From: Bacteroidetes bacterium RIFCSPLOWO2_12_FULL_35_15
GTDB taxonomy: Bacteria > Bacteroidota > Bacteroidia > 2-12-FULL-35-15
Direction: 5' to 3'
Assembly: GCA_001769385.1 (NCBI GenBank)
Contig: MEPB01000048.1
Span: 21,548-85,547, forward strand
DNA: 64,000 nucleotides
This document shows, piece after piece, positions 10,043 to 19,141 of the stretch. A program made the position numbers and the translations under genes. Numbering within the stretch: the stretch's first letter is position 1; each line of letters begins with the position of its first letter. The notes under the pieces are model-generated. The model was not told the origin of the DNA, searched no databases, and worked only from the letters and a program-made list of their open reading frames with translations.

Positions 10043-10996
10043 ATGGAAACAACAATTTTAGAAAAAACGACCATGTTATCAGAAACATTAAAAAAAATCA
10101 AACGCCCTGAATTAAAGGATATCCTTAAAATTCAACAAGGCATTATCAGAGCAACGCATGAATTCATGCATAAAAAAGATGTAGTACAGCTTATGCCTAT
10201 AATGTTATCTGCAATTACCGACCCTTTGAATCATAGTGTTGTTGACGCTTCAATTAACTATGCAGACCAAAAATGGAGCTTAACAAAATCAATGATCTTT
10301 CATAAGCAATTAGCTTTAATAAACCCTTCGCTTGATGCCATTTATATTGTTTCTCCAAATGTTAGGTTAGAGTCGAAAGACCGTGCCGGTACCGGAAGAC
10401 ATTTATTTGAATTTACCCAGGTAGATTTTGAATTTAAACGAAAAGATAAAGAATTTGTAATGGCTTTTATGGAAGAACTGATTGCTTTTGTTTTTGATTC
10501 TTTGAACAAGCAGCTTCCGGAAATCATTATTAAATTAAGAGGAGAGTTGCTTCCTGTTTTTAAGAAATTAATAACATACAGAACGGAGGAATTGGAAGCA
10601 GAATTGGGTGAAGATTATGAATTTAAAAAATCAAAAGAAAGTCTGGAACCTTTTTGGTTAGTAAATCATAAACGCGAATTTTACGACAAAGAAGATATGT
10701 CGAAACCAGGAACATTTTTAAACTATGATATTATTTGGCCGGAAGGTTATGGCGAAGGTTTATCCGGTGCAGAACGTGAATATGAATATACACAAATTTT
10801 AAAACGGATGGAAGAAACCGGAACTAATAAAGAAGTGTTTAAAGATTATTTATCTGTTGCAAAACAAGAGGGGTTTATTCCAACAGCCGGTGCAGGGTTT
10901 GGCGTAGAACGGATGACACGTTATATTTGCCAATTAAAAGATGTTGACGAAGTCACTGTGTTTTCAAGAAAACCATATAGTGAATTGATGTTTTAA
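10043..10996 (+). CDS. Archaeal-type asparagine synthetase A (AsnRS catalytic-domain paralog lacking anticodon-binding domain)
   Basis: Class IIb aaRS motif 2 (SPNVRLE...TGRHLFEFTQVDFE), REFYDKED, YGEGLSGAEREYEY and motif 3 (AGAGFGVERMTRYI). 317 aa with no N-terminal OB-fold. Confidence 0.8.
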   Translation: METTILEKTTMLSETLKKIKRPELKDILKIQQGIIRATHEFMHKKDVVQLMPIMLSAITDPLNHSVVDASINYADQKWSLTKSMIFHKQLALINPSLDAIYIVSPNVRLESKDRAGTGRHLFEFTQVDFEFKRKDKEFVMAFMEELIAFVFDSLNKQLPEIIIKLRGELLPVFKKLITYRTEELEAELGEDYEFKKSKESLEPFWLVNHKREFYDKEDMSKPGTFLNYDIIWPEGYGEGLSGAEREYEYTQILKRMEETGTNKEVFKDYLSVAKQEGFIPTAGAGFGVERMTRYICQLKDVDEVTVFSRKPYSELMF

Positions 10997-11066
10997 TATT
11001 TGTATGACCTGAAGTAAAAAGGAGTAGCGGAAGTGCAGTATCCCGCTTCTAATGTTGGCTATGTTG

Positions 11067-11095
11067 AAGGAGCGGCTTTCTCCGCTCCTTTTTTT
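11067..11095 (+). terminator. Rho-independent terminator
   Basis: Hairpin AAGGAGCGG-ctttct-CCGCTCCTT followed by a T run. Confidence 0.75.
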
Positions 11096-11188
11096 GATAA
11101 AACAAGGTTGTAATGTTTTGATTATAAGGAAGCACTTTGTGATGCTATAAAAAAAAGAGTTATTAACTGAAAAGAAAGTTGCAATTAA

Positions 11189-11548
11189 TTATTGCTTTTT
11201 ATAATGATCCCTTATCACCACCTTTTGCAATTCGCGTTTGATGATCAGATCGGTAACAATTACCGAAAATGATTCTGAGGAATTTTCATTTACTGCTTTT
11301 TTAATTTGAACATCGCTCACATCAATACGATAAAGAATTCCCATAAATTTTTGTTGGTTGTTCTCTATTAAATTTTTTATGTGGGGTTCTATCTGTTCAA
11401 ACAATTCCTGGTATGCATTATAGGCGTTACCGGAAAATTTTATTTCCATCCCGAACATATCAAAATCCTTGATGATTTGATTGGCTGTGTCTTTTATCAG
11501 GTCAAGACGATTGAAATATTTTGTTAGATCGGTAAAGTTCATTTGCAA
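11189..11548 (-). CDS. Hypothetical protein
   Basis: 119-aa ORF immediately downstream of the amidohydrolase; LYRIDVS...RELQKV resembles a conserved Bacteroidota hypothetical. Confidence 0.75.
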   Translation of the reverse strand: MQMNFTDLTKYFNRLDLIKDTANQIIKDFDMFGMEIKFSGNAYNAYQELFEQIEPHIKNLIENNQQKFMGILYRIDVSDVQIKKAVNENSSESFSVIVTDLIIKRELQKVVIRDHYKKQ

Positions 11549-11549
11549 T

Positions 11550-12839
11550 TTATTTCAAATCGTATTTCTTTTTATACTTTTCGTAAAGCTTTTTTTGATC
11601 ATTGTTCAGATCAATACTAATTCCTTTTATAAAAGCAAGTTCCACATTATTTGTCCGCATATCCAACACATCACCGGTTGAAATAAAAAGTGTTGCATCT
11701 TTTCCTGCTTCTATACTTCCGGTTGAGTTATCTATCCCTAAAATTTTTGCAGTACTCAATGTAATTGCTTTTAAGGCTTGTTCTTTTGTTAGTCCGTATG
11801 CCGCAGCTGTACCGGCCATAAATGGCAAGTTGCGTGTTTCCATAGCTTCCATGTCTCCTGAGTTATCTAAACAAAAAAGTACTCCTGCTTGTTGTAATAA
11901 GTACGGAAGTTTATAAGGCAGATTAACATCATCTTCCGGATGTTCAGGCAAACTATGAACTCGTGCAACAATTACCGAAATATAATTCTCACGCAACAGA
12001 TCAGTTACCATCCAACTATCTTTGCCGCCAACAACAGTAGTTTTTTTAATTCCATTTTGTTTCGAAAAATTTACTGCCTCAATTATTTCTTTTGCATTAT
12101 CGGTATGTATAAATAATGTTTGTGTTCCATTGAAAAGACCTTTCATTGCTTCGAATCGAAGGTTTTTTTCTTCGACTACTTCTGTTTCATTATACGCTTT
12201 TGCATCGAAAAAAAGTTTTTTCAGATCAGCGGTTTGTTTAGTGTAATTTTTATTTTTTTCATACGGTCCAGGGTAAATATTGTCTTCGTCCAGATACTTA
12301 CGGATCTGCATTTTTGGCCAATTCAGATGTATGCCATCGTCAATTTTATAAGCGGCATCTTCCCAGTTCCAGCCATCTAACTTAACAATACTTGAAGTGC
12401 CGGAGATTATTCCTCCTCGAGGTGTTATCTGAGCTAATAAAACACCATTGGTTCTTACTGTTGAAATAATCTTTGAATCTGTATTGTATGCGATCAATGA
12501 ACGAACATTTGGTAAGGTGGAGCCAACTTCTTTAAAATCACTAGTTGCACGTATCGATTCCATTTCAATTAAACCTAAAGTAGAATTGGGAGAAATAATT
12601 CCCGGATAAATGTGCTTGCCTGTTGCATCTATTTTTTCATCATAGTTGCCGAGTTCGACTTTCGTTTTTGAAGCATCAATTACTTCGGTTATTTTACCGT
12701 TTTTTATTCCAATGTAGGAATTTTGAATAACACTGTCGGTTCCTAAATGAGCTATTCCATTCATGAGCAAAATGCTTTTTGTTTGAGCACTAGCGGTGAT
12801 GGTGATAAATGTGGTTAGGAGTAAAAAAAATTTTCTCAT
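11550..12839 (-). CDS. Secreted amidohydrolase-family protein
   Basis: Signal peptide, DATGKHIYPG and AKILGI...GSIEAGKDATL amidohydrolase scaffold. The N-terminal HxH metal motif is absent (IISPNST). Confidence 0.85.
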   Translation of the reverse strand: MRKFFLLLTTFITITASAQTKSILLMNGIAHLGTDSVIQNSYIGIKNGKITEVIDASKTKVELGNYDEKIDATGKHIYPGIISPNSTLGLIEMESIRATSDFKEVGSTLPNVRSLIAYNTDSKIISTVRTNGVLLAQITPRGGIISGTSSIVKLDGWNWEDAAYKIDDGIHLNWPKMQIRKYLDEDNIYPGPYEKNKNYTKQTADLKKLFFDAKAYNETEVVEEKNLRFEAMKGLFNGTQTLFIHTDNAKEIIEAVNFSKQNGIKKTTVVGGKDSWMVTDLLRENYISVIVARVHSLPEHPEDDVNLPYKLPYLLQQAGVLFCLDNSGDMEAMETRNLPFMAGTAAAYGLTKEQALKAITLSTAKILGIDNSTGSIEAGKDATLFISTGDVLDMRTNNVELAFIKGISIDLNNDQKKLYEKYKKKYDLK

Positions 12840-12849
12840 GGTTTGGTTT

Positions 12850-13310
12850 ATATATACTGGATATTATGGTACGCAGATCTTTTAGGATTTTTAAGATTAA
12901 AAATGATTTTGTTTTATTCTATAATTATGATTTTAGGTTTTGACTGTTTTATATACTTGGTATTATGGTACGCAGATCTATATGAATTTTTATGATTTAA
13001 AATGATTTGGTTTTATGTTATAATTATGATTTTAGGTGTTGGCTGTTTTATTTAGTTGGTATTATGGTACGCAGATCTATATGAATTTTTATGATTTAAA
13101 ATGATTTGGTTTTATGTTATAATTATGATTTTAGGTGTTGACTGTTTTATATACTTGGTGTTATGGTATGCAGATCTTTTAAGATCTTTAAGATTAAAAA
13201 TGATTTTGTTTTATGCTATAATTATGATTATGATTTTATGTATTGACTGTTTTATATACTTGGTATTATGGTACGCAGATTTATTAAGATTTTTAAGATC
13301 AAAAAAGATT
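12850..13310. repeat. Tandem array of 5 imperfect ~99-bp units (core TGGTACGCAGAT) directly downstream of the GxxExxY gene
   Basis: Cores at 12868, 12967, 13066, 13165 and 13270 (spacings 99,99,99,105). Confidence 0.95.
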
Positions 13311-13311
13311 T

Positions 13312-13731
13312 TTATGTTGTTGAGGTTAAGATTATTTTATGTTTCTTGAATTCGTTGGAAAGAACCTTTCTTTTGTATTGTGGCTCTGTTCCAAAATTAA
13401 GAAGTAAGCCAACTTCCATCTCTGTTGCCCTTAAATAGTTGACTAACTGGATTTCATGTTCAATGATAATTTCTTCAACAGCCTTTAATTCAATCACTAT
13501 AAGATTTTCTACAACAATATCTGCAAAATAGGAACCCACAACTTCCCCTTCATAATAAACAGTTATTGGTTTTTGTTTTTCGCATTTTAGTTTCAACTTT
13601 TTTAACTCGATAGTTAATGCATTTTCATAAACTTTTTCATAGAATCCATAACCAATCGTGTTATAAACATTAAAAAATGCTTTTAATATTAGTCCTGTAA
13701 TTCCAGAATGTTTAAAGTTGTCATCCATCAT
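13312..13731 (-). CDS. GxxExxY protein (PD-(D/E)XK-like putative nuclease)
   Basis: GFYEKVY signature, YFADIVVENLIVIELKAV (D...ExK) and HEIQLVNYL...GLLLNFG; 139 aa. Confidence 0.92.
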   Translation of the reverse strand: MMDDNFKHSGITGLILKAFFNVYNTIGYGFYEKVYENALTIELKKLKLKCEKQKPITVYYEGEVVGSYFADIVVENLIVIELKAVEEIIIEHEIQLVNYLRATEMEVGLLLNFGTEPQYKRKVLSNEFKKHKIILTSTT

Positions 13732-13742
13732 AAAAAAAGCAT

Positions 13743-13784
13743 AATCATTTTAAATCATAAAAATTCATATAGATCTGCGTACCA
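13743..13784. repeat. Single inverted repeat copy upstream of GxxExxY
   Basis: Exact 42-bp reverse complement of 12966-13007 and 13065-13106 (TGGTACGCAGATCTATATGAATTTTTATGATTTAAAATGATT). Confidence 0.95.
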
Positions 13785-13789
13785 ATAAT

Positions 13790-16700
13790 TTAATTCTCTC
13801 TCAAATATTCTTTTTCAATACTTTCGCATTCATACAATTTCTGTTTTTTTACGACAGGTTTTTGTGTTGCTGCTCCGGTCTTTTTTTCATCCAGCATTTT
13901 TTGAATGATACGTGCCCTCTCTTTCTGAATCTCTTGTCGCAATTTCAGATCTTCTTCCGTATCATAATAAATATGCCCATCAATAATTGTCTTTTCAACT
14001 TTTGCATAGATCGACAATGGATTATCGGACCATAAAACCACATCCGCATCTTTACCCACTTTAATACTTCCTACTTTTTTATCGATGTGTAACAATTTTG
14101 CCGGATTGAGTGTAACCATTTTCAAAGCATCTTCTTCGCTCATTCCACCATATTTCACTGATTTTGCAGCTTCCTGATTTAATCTGCGACCCATTTCAGC
14201 ATCATCTGAATTGATTGCTGTTGTAATTCCCATTTGTGTTAAAAGTGCTGCATTGTATGGAATGGCATCTTGCACTTCCATTTTATAAGCCCACCAATCA
14301 CTGAAAGAAGAAGCGCCTGCACCATGCGATTTCATTTTATCTGCTACTTTATATCCTTCTAAAATATGTGTGAACGTATTTACTTTAAATCCCATTGAAT
14401 CGGCAACATGCATCAGCATATTTAATTCAGATTGAACATAGGAATGACAAGTAATAAAACGTTTTTGGTTTAAAATTTCTGCCAATGCTTCTAGTTCCAG
14501 ATTCCTGCGAAATGGAGTTGTTGTAGCTTTTACTTTTTCTGATAAAGCTTCAAAGGATTTTTGTTTTGCATCGTATTCTTTCGCTCTGGTAAAATAATCG
14601 TAATACACTTGCTCCACACCCATACGCGTTTGCGGAAAACGCAGGGTGCTGAAATCACCGGCATTACTTTGTTTCACATTTTCACCCAATGCAAATTTGA
14701 TGAAGCCATCTGCTTTGGCAAATTTCATTTCTTCGGGTGATTTTCCCCAGCGTAATTTTATAAGAGCTGATTGTCCGCCAATCGGATTTGATGATCCGTG
14801 AAGTAATTGAGAAGTGGTAACTCCACCGGAAAGTTGTCTGTAGATATTAATATCCTCCGGATTAATTACATCACCTATTCGAACTTCTGAACTGGATGCT
14901 TGTGTGCTTTCATTAACACCGTTTGCAATTGCAATGTGTGAATGTTCATCAATAATTCCTGCAGTAAGATGTTTTCCTGTTCCATCAATTACCTTTGCAA
15001 AAGCAAGTTTGGGTGCACCAATATCATCCGCAATACGAACAATGCGTCCTTCAGTAATATATACATCCTGATTTTTTAAAACACCTTCTGATTCATTTGT
15101 CCAAACAGTAACATGTTTAATTAAGATGGCATCATAACGCGTTTTTAGATCATAAATAATTTTATTGAATCCATCACGGTCGTTAAGTGGTTTACCATAA
15201 GCACAAAACGGATAAATGACTTGTCCGTATTTCAGAACATCTTTTTTTACAGAATCTTTTTTCACAGATTCTTTTTTTATTTCTGTTATTAATTTAAATG
15301 TTGCACTCCAGTCGAGCCATTCGCCATCCGGAGTTTGCCCTTTCCCATTCATTGTTAATGATTCCGTATTAATAGTTCCGCTCAAACGAATGGTGCCTTT
15401 CATATCTTTAGGGTTAAAATTCAGGGAAACCGAATTGCCGAATACTATAACATTTACAGGTGTTTTAGCAGTGTCAATTAAAATATAGCCTTTTAGTTTG
15501 TCTGGTTCTCCTTCAATTTTTAATTGGTACAATCGTTTATTTCCATAAGCAAAATCATAATTGCCTCTTACATCAATAGTGCTGTAATCATTTATTTTAT
15601 AAGGATTTCCCTGAATCCAGTTTTCATAAATGATCGTTTTCTCATCAAATAAATTACCGGAAGTGATGATGAAATTTGCGATCATTCCGCTTTTTAATTT
15701 GCCTAGTTTATCTGAGATGTTTAATAATTCAGCAGGTGTGGAGGTGAGTGATCTCAATGCTTGTTTTTCTGATAAACCATAACTGATCGCTTTGCGTAAA
15801 TTTTTCCAGAAATCTTTTTTATCTTTCAGGTCAGCGGTTGTTAGTGCAAACGGAATAAAATATTTTTCCATCGCAACAGGATTTGCAGGAGCCATTTCCC
15901 AATGTTTTAATTCTGTTAATGAAACATTGATTGCATCGTAAGGGTCTTCAACATCGTATGCAATGGGGAAATTAAGAGGGATAATGAATTTACAATTCGT
16001 TGCTTTTATATCATCTAAACTTTGATATTCGGTTCCGCTTCCTTTGATGATGTAATTAATTTTAAATTCTTTTCCGATCTTATCGGCACGTAACACATTG
16101 AATTTGTCGGTTGTTTCGAAAATCTGCGGAAGCATTTGTAAATTATTAAATGCTTCAAGTGAAATATTAACCTCTCCCCCTGTCTCTCTCCTGGAGGCGA
16201 GAGGAGTTTGGTTTTTATACCAATCGGCATCCAGATAGGTCTGGCGAATTAATGCTATAGTACCCATTAAGGAGGAGGGATAATCTTGTGTGGAACATCC
16301 TTTGTCAAATGAAAATAGTGCTGCTGCTTTGTCGCTTAGGATCAATAAATTTTCTTTCCCATCGGCCAAAGAAACGATTGTGCCTGAACCTCTTACTATT
16401 CCATCTTTCTGAAAAGTTAAAACAGCACCAAATCCTAATTTCCGAAACTCATCTGCCGACAGGTTATTACCGGCAAAAATTTTAAATGCTTCTGTTTCTG
16501 CTTTCACAGCTTGATTCCATCCATAGGCACCTTTTGTATTGCTACCCATTTGTGGCAGCATCCCTTTGTAAATAGTTTTATTTTCGGGCATACCATAATT
16601 GGTATATGCATCGATCAGTGCCGGATAAATTGACTTTCCTTTCAAGTCAAATATTACAGAACCTTTTGGTATTGAAACTTTTGTTCCAACTTGTATAATG

Positions 16701-16885
16701 ATCCCGTCCTTTATTAATAGAGTTGCATTGTCGATAGTTTCATCGGCATCCACAATAATCTTAGCATTTGTAAATGCATAAACAGTGTGATTTGGGTTTG
16801 TTGTTCCGTTAACAGGAAAGGTTTCCTGTGCTAAGGAGAAACATCCAATTAATAAGGTGAATACGAGTGTAACTAAATTTTTCAT
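13790..16885 (-). CDS. Large secreted amidohydrolase-family protein (two amidohydrolase domains)
   Basis: Signal peptide. The C-terminal domain has GIIDEHSHIA, CHSY, FTHILEG, INSDD and GSIKVGKDADVV; the N-terminal domain is degenerate. Confidence 0.9.
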   Translation of the reverse strand: MKNLVTLVFTLLIGCFSLAQETFPVNGTTNPNHTVYAFTNAKIIVDADETIDNATLLIKDGIIIQVGTKVSIPKGSVIFDLKGKSIYPALIDAYTNYGMPENKTIYKGMLPQMGSNTKGAYGWNQAVKAETEAFKIFAGNNLSADEFRKLGFGAVLTFQKDGIVRGSGTIVSLADGKENLLILSDKAAALFSFDKGCSTQDYPSSLMGTIALIRQTYLDADWYKNQTPLASRRETGGEVNISLEAFNNLQMLPQIFETTDKFNVLRADKIGKEFKINYIIKGSGTEYQSLDDIKATNCKFIIPLNFPIAYDVEDPYDAINVSLTELKHWEMAPANPVAMEKYFIPFALTTADLKDKKDFWKNLRKAISYGLSEKQALRSLTSTPAELLNISDKLGKLKSGMIANFIITSGNLFDEKTIIYENWIQGNPYKINDYSTIDVRGNYDFAYGNKRLYQLKIEGEPDKLKGYILIDTAKTPVNVIVFGNSVSLNFNPKDMKGTIRLSGTINTESLTMNGKGQTPDGEWLDWSATFKLITEIKKESVKKDSVKKDVLKYGQVIYPFCAYGKPLNDRDGFNKIIYDLKTRYDAILIKHVTVWTNESEGVLKNQDVYITEGRIVRIADDIGAPKLAFAKVIDGTGKHLTAGIIDEHSHIAIANGVNESTQASSSEVRIGDVINPEDINIYRQLSGGVTTSQLLHGSSNPIGGQSALIKLRWGKSPEEMKFAKADGFIKFALGENVKQSNAGDFSTLRFPQTRMGVEQVYYDYFTRAKEYDAKQKSFEALSEKVKATTTPFRRNLELEALAEILNQKRFITCHSYVQSELNMLMHVADSMGFKVNTFTHILEGYKVADKMKSHGAGASSFSDWWAYKMEVQDAIPYNAALLTQMGITTAINSDDAEMGRRLNQEAAKSVKYGGMSEEDALKMVTLNPAKLLHIDKKVGSIKVGKDADVVLWSDNPLSIYAKVEKTIIDGHIYYDTEEDLKLRQEIQKERARIIQKMLDEKKTGAATQKPVVKKQKLYECESIEKEYLREN
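16169..16208. repeat. Palindromic element inserted in frame in the amidohydrolase CDS
   Basis: GC-rich minus-strand sequence ACTCCTCTCGCCTCCAGGAGAGAGACAGGGGGAGAGG in an AT-rich gene, encoding TPLASRRETGGEV. Confidence 0.6.
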
Positions 16886-17029
16886 TTTTGTATTTTTGCG
16901 CTTTATGAAGGAATAAAAACAAAAATAGTATTTAATCCGATAGCTATCGGATTGATTTTATCTTCTATACGGACAAACAGTTTTATAGAAGGATTTTTAT
17001 TACTTTTACCTGAACAAAAATCTATATAC

Positions 17030-17662
17030 ATGTTAAAAGGATTATTACATACACACTTACTTTCGGTAATTTTATTTTTACTGATCTACCTCGTTAAAAC
17101 TTTTTTATTACTTGCCAATAAAAAGGAAGGCTTAGAAAAATTTACAAAAATGGTAAAGGTTCCCGAAATGATAATCAGCGTTTTATTTTTGGGTACAGGA
17201 ATTTATCTGTTAATGCAGTTTGGACTTACAAAACTTTTGTTAATTAAAATTATTGCTGTGTTTTTATCAATTCCATTGGCAATAATTGGCTTCAAAAAGA
17301 AAAACAAAGTTCTGGCATCCTTAGCTTTTTTATTAATTGTTGCTTCTTACGGACTTGCGGAAGTAAATAAAAAAAGAATAGAACGACAGATCGTTAATCC
17401 TAAACTTGCTGATATCACCAATCCGGATTATAATTTAGTAAAACACGGAGAAGCTGTTTATGTAGCGTATTGTCAGCGATGCCATGGTAAAGGAGGAACG
17501 AATGGACCCGGTGGTTTAGATTTAACAGTTTCAATAACAGATCGTGATACAAAAATAAACCGTGTGGTAATCGGTACCGATCTGATGGCCGGATTTAAAG
17601 ATGTGTTAAATTCTCAGGAAGTTGAAGCGGTGGTTGCCTATGTTGAAACTTTAAAAAAATAG
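17030..17662 (+). CDS. SirB2-like membrane protein fused to C-terminal cytochrome c
   Basis: About five hydrophobic segments (LLHTH...VPEM...LGTG...IKII) followed by the CQRCH heme motif and a distal Met (LMAGF). ATG at 17030 preferred. Confidence 0.75.
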   Translation: MLKGLLHTHLLSVILFLLIYLVKTFLLLANKKEGLEKFTKMVKVPEMIISVLFLGTGIYLLMQFGLTKLLLIKIIAVFLSIPLAIIGFKKKNKVLASLAFLLIVASYGLAEVNKKRIERQIVNPKLADITNPDYNLVKHGEAVYVAYCQRCHGKGGTNGPGGLDLTVSITDRDTKINRVVIGTDLMAGFKDVLNSQEVEAVVAYVETLKK

Positions 17663-17716
17663 TTAGTGGTTAGGAATTGTTTAAATTTCTTAAAAATAAT
17701 TTATTAGTATCAAAAG

Positions 17717-17806
17717 TGTCATTCCCACCCTAGCGGAGGAATCTTTATATTTTTAAGCACAATGGTAATCAAGTAAAAAGATTTCTCGACTTCGCTCGAA
17801 ATGACA
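17717..17806. repeat. REP-like hairpin element (TGTCATT...GAATCT / AGATTTCTC...GAAATGACA)
   Basis: Imperfect inverted repeat upstream of hflX; the same family occurs at 19142, 39874, 57391, 62761 and 62979. Confidence 0.8.
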
Positions 17807-17911
17807 ATGTCCTTAAAAGAGAATGTTTTACTAAAATTTATAACAGCGTCTTAATAGAGGTAAGTTTGGGAAAGCACAGAACAATCAATAACTATAACTG
17901 GCAACTGAAAG

Positions 17912-19114
17912 ATGTACGATACCTCAAAGAAAAAAGAAACAGCCATTTTGGTTGGATTGATCAATAAAAGTCAGGATGAAGAAACGGTTGTTGAATATCT
18001 TGATGAGTTAGCTTTTTTGACTGAAACAGCCGGTGCGGATGTTGTGAAGCGTTTTACACAACGATTGGAACATCCTGATTCCCGTACATTTATTGGTTCC
18101 GGAAAATTAAATGAGGTCCGTAATTTTGTTCTTGAAAACAAAATTGATATTGTAATATTCGATGATGAACTTTCTCCTGCTCAACAACGGAATCTGGAGA
18201 AAGAAATAAATTTAGAGAAAGAAATTAAAATAAAAGTAGTTGATCGTACCCGGTTGATCCTCGATATTTTCGCTTCCCGTGCTCGTACTGCACATGCAAA
18301 AACACAAGTTGAATTAGCACAATCTATTTATTTATTACCGCGCCTCACCAAAATGTGGGACCACTTGGATCGTATCAAAGGTGGTATCGGGATGAAAGGA
18401 GCAGGGGAATCCGAAATTGAAACCGACAGACGTATTGTTCGTGATCGGATATCTTTACTGAAAGATCGCTTGAAGACCATCGACAGACAGATGGAAACAC
18501 AACGCAAAAGTCGTGGTGAAATGATACGCATTGCGTTGGTTGGTTATACCAATGTTGGTAAATCTACCATCATGAATATGTTGAGCAAAAGTGATGTGTT
18601 TGCCGAAAATAAATTGTTCGCCACATTAGATACAACAGTAAGAAAAGTAGTAATTGAAAATTTACCTTTCTTGCTTTCAGATACCGTTGGGTTTATCCGT
18701 AAATTGCCTACAACACTTGTAGAATCATTCAAATCAACCTTAGATGAAGTACGTGAGGCGGATATTTTAATTCATGTGGTGGATATTTCCCATCCGGGTT
18801 TCGAAGATCAAATTAATGTGGTAAATCAAACCTTAAGTGATATTGGTGCCGGGGATAAACCTATAATTCTGGTGTTTAATAAAATTGATGCCTTTACTTT
18901 TGAAGAAAAAGAAGCAGATGATCTGACCCCTATTACAAAAAGTAATTTAAGTTTAAATGATCTGAAAAAAACATGGATGAATAAATTGCAATCCGAGTGT
19001 TTGTTTATTTCTGCTACTAACAAACTGAATATTGATGAATTCAAAAAAGTGGTGTACGAAAAAGCAAAAGAGCTTCATCTGAAACGTTATCCATATAATA
19101 ACTTTTTGTATTGA
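17912..19114 (+). CDS. hflX: GTPase HflX
   Basis: ILDIFASRART, GYTNVGKST, LFATLDTT, SDTVGFI and VFNKID. Confidence 0.97.
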   Translation: MYDTSKKKETAILVGLINKSQDEETVVEYLDELAFLTETAGADVVKRFTQRLEHPDSRTFIGSGKLNEVRNFVLENKIDIVIFDDELSPAQQRNLEKEINLEKEIKIKVVDRTRLILDIFASRARTAHAKTQVELAQSIYLLPRLTKMWDHLDRIKGGIGMKGAGESEIETDRRIVRDRISLLKDRLKTIDRQMETQRKSRGEMIRIALVGYTNVGKSTIMNMLSKSDVFAENKLFATLDTTVRKVVIENLPFLLSDTVGFIRKLPTTLVESFKSTLDEVREADILIHVVDISHPGFEDQINVVNQTLSDIGAGDKPIILVFNKIDAFTFEEKEADDLTPITKSNLSLNDLKKTWMNKLQSECLFISATNKLNIDEFKKVVYEKAKELHLKRYPYNNFLY

Positions 19115-19141
19115 TTGGAGTTTGTGATGATTTGTTTCGGG

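Noticed and set aside
10043-10996. Asparagine--tRNA ligase (asnS)
   Set aside because: Too short and lacks the N-terminal anticodon-binding domain.
12850-13310. CRISPR array next to a nuclease
   Set aside because: Inter-core segments are near-identical between units, so there are no spacers. Treated as a tandem repeat.
13101-13349. 82-aa ORF (+)
   Set aside because: A by-product of the 99-bp (multiple of 3) repeat; it also overlaps the GxxExxY gene antisense.
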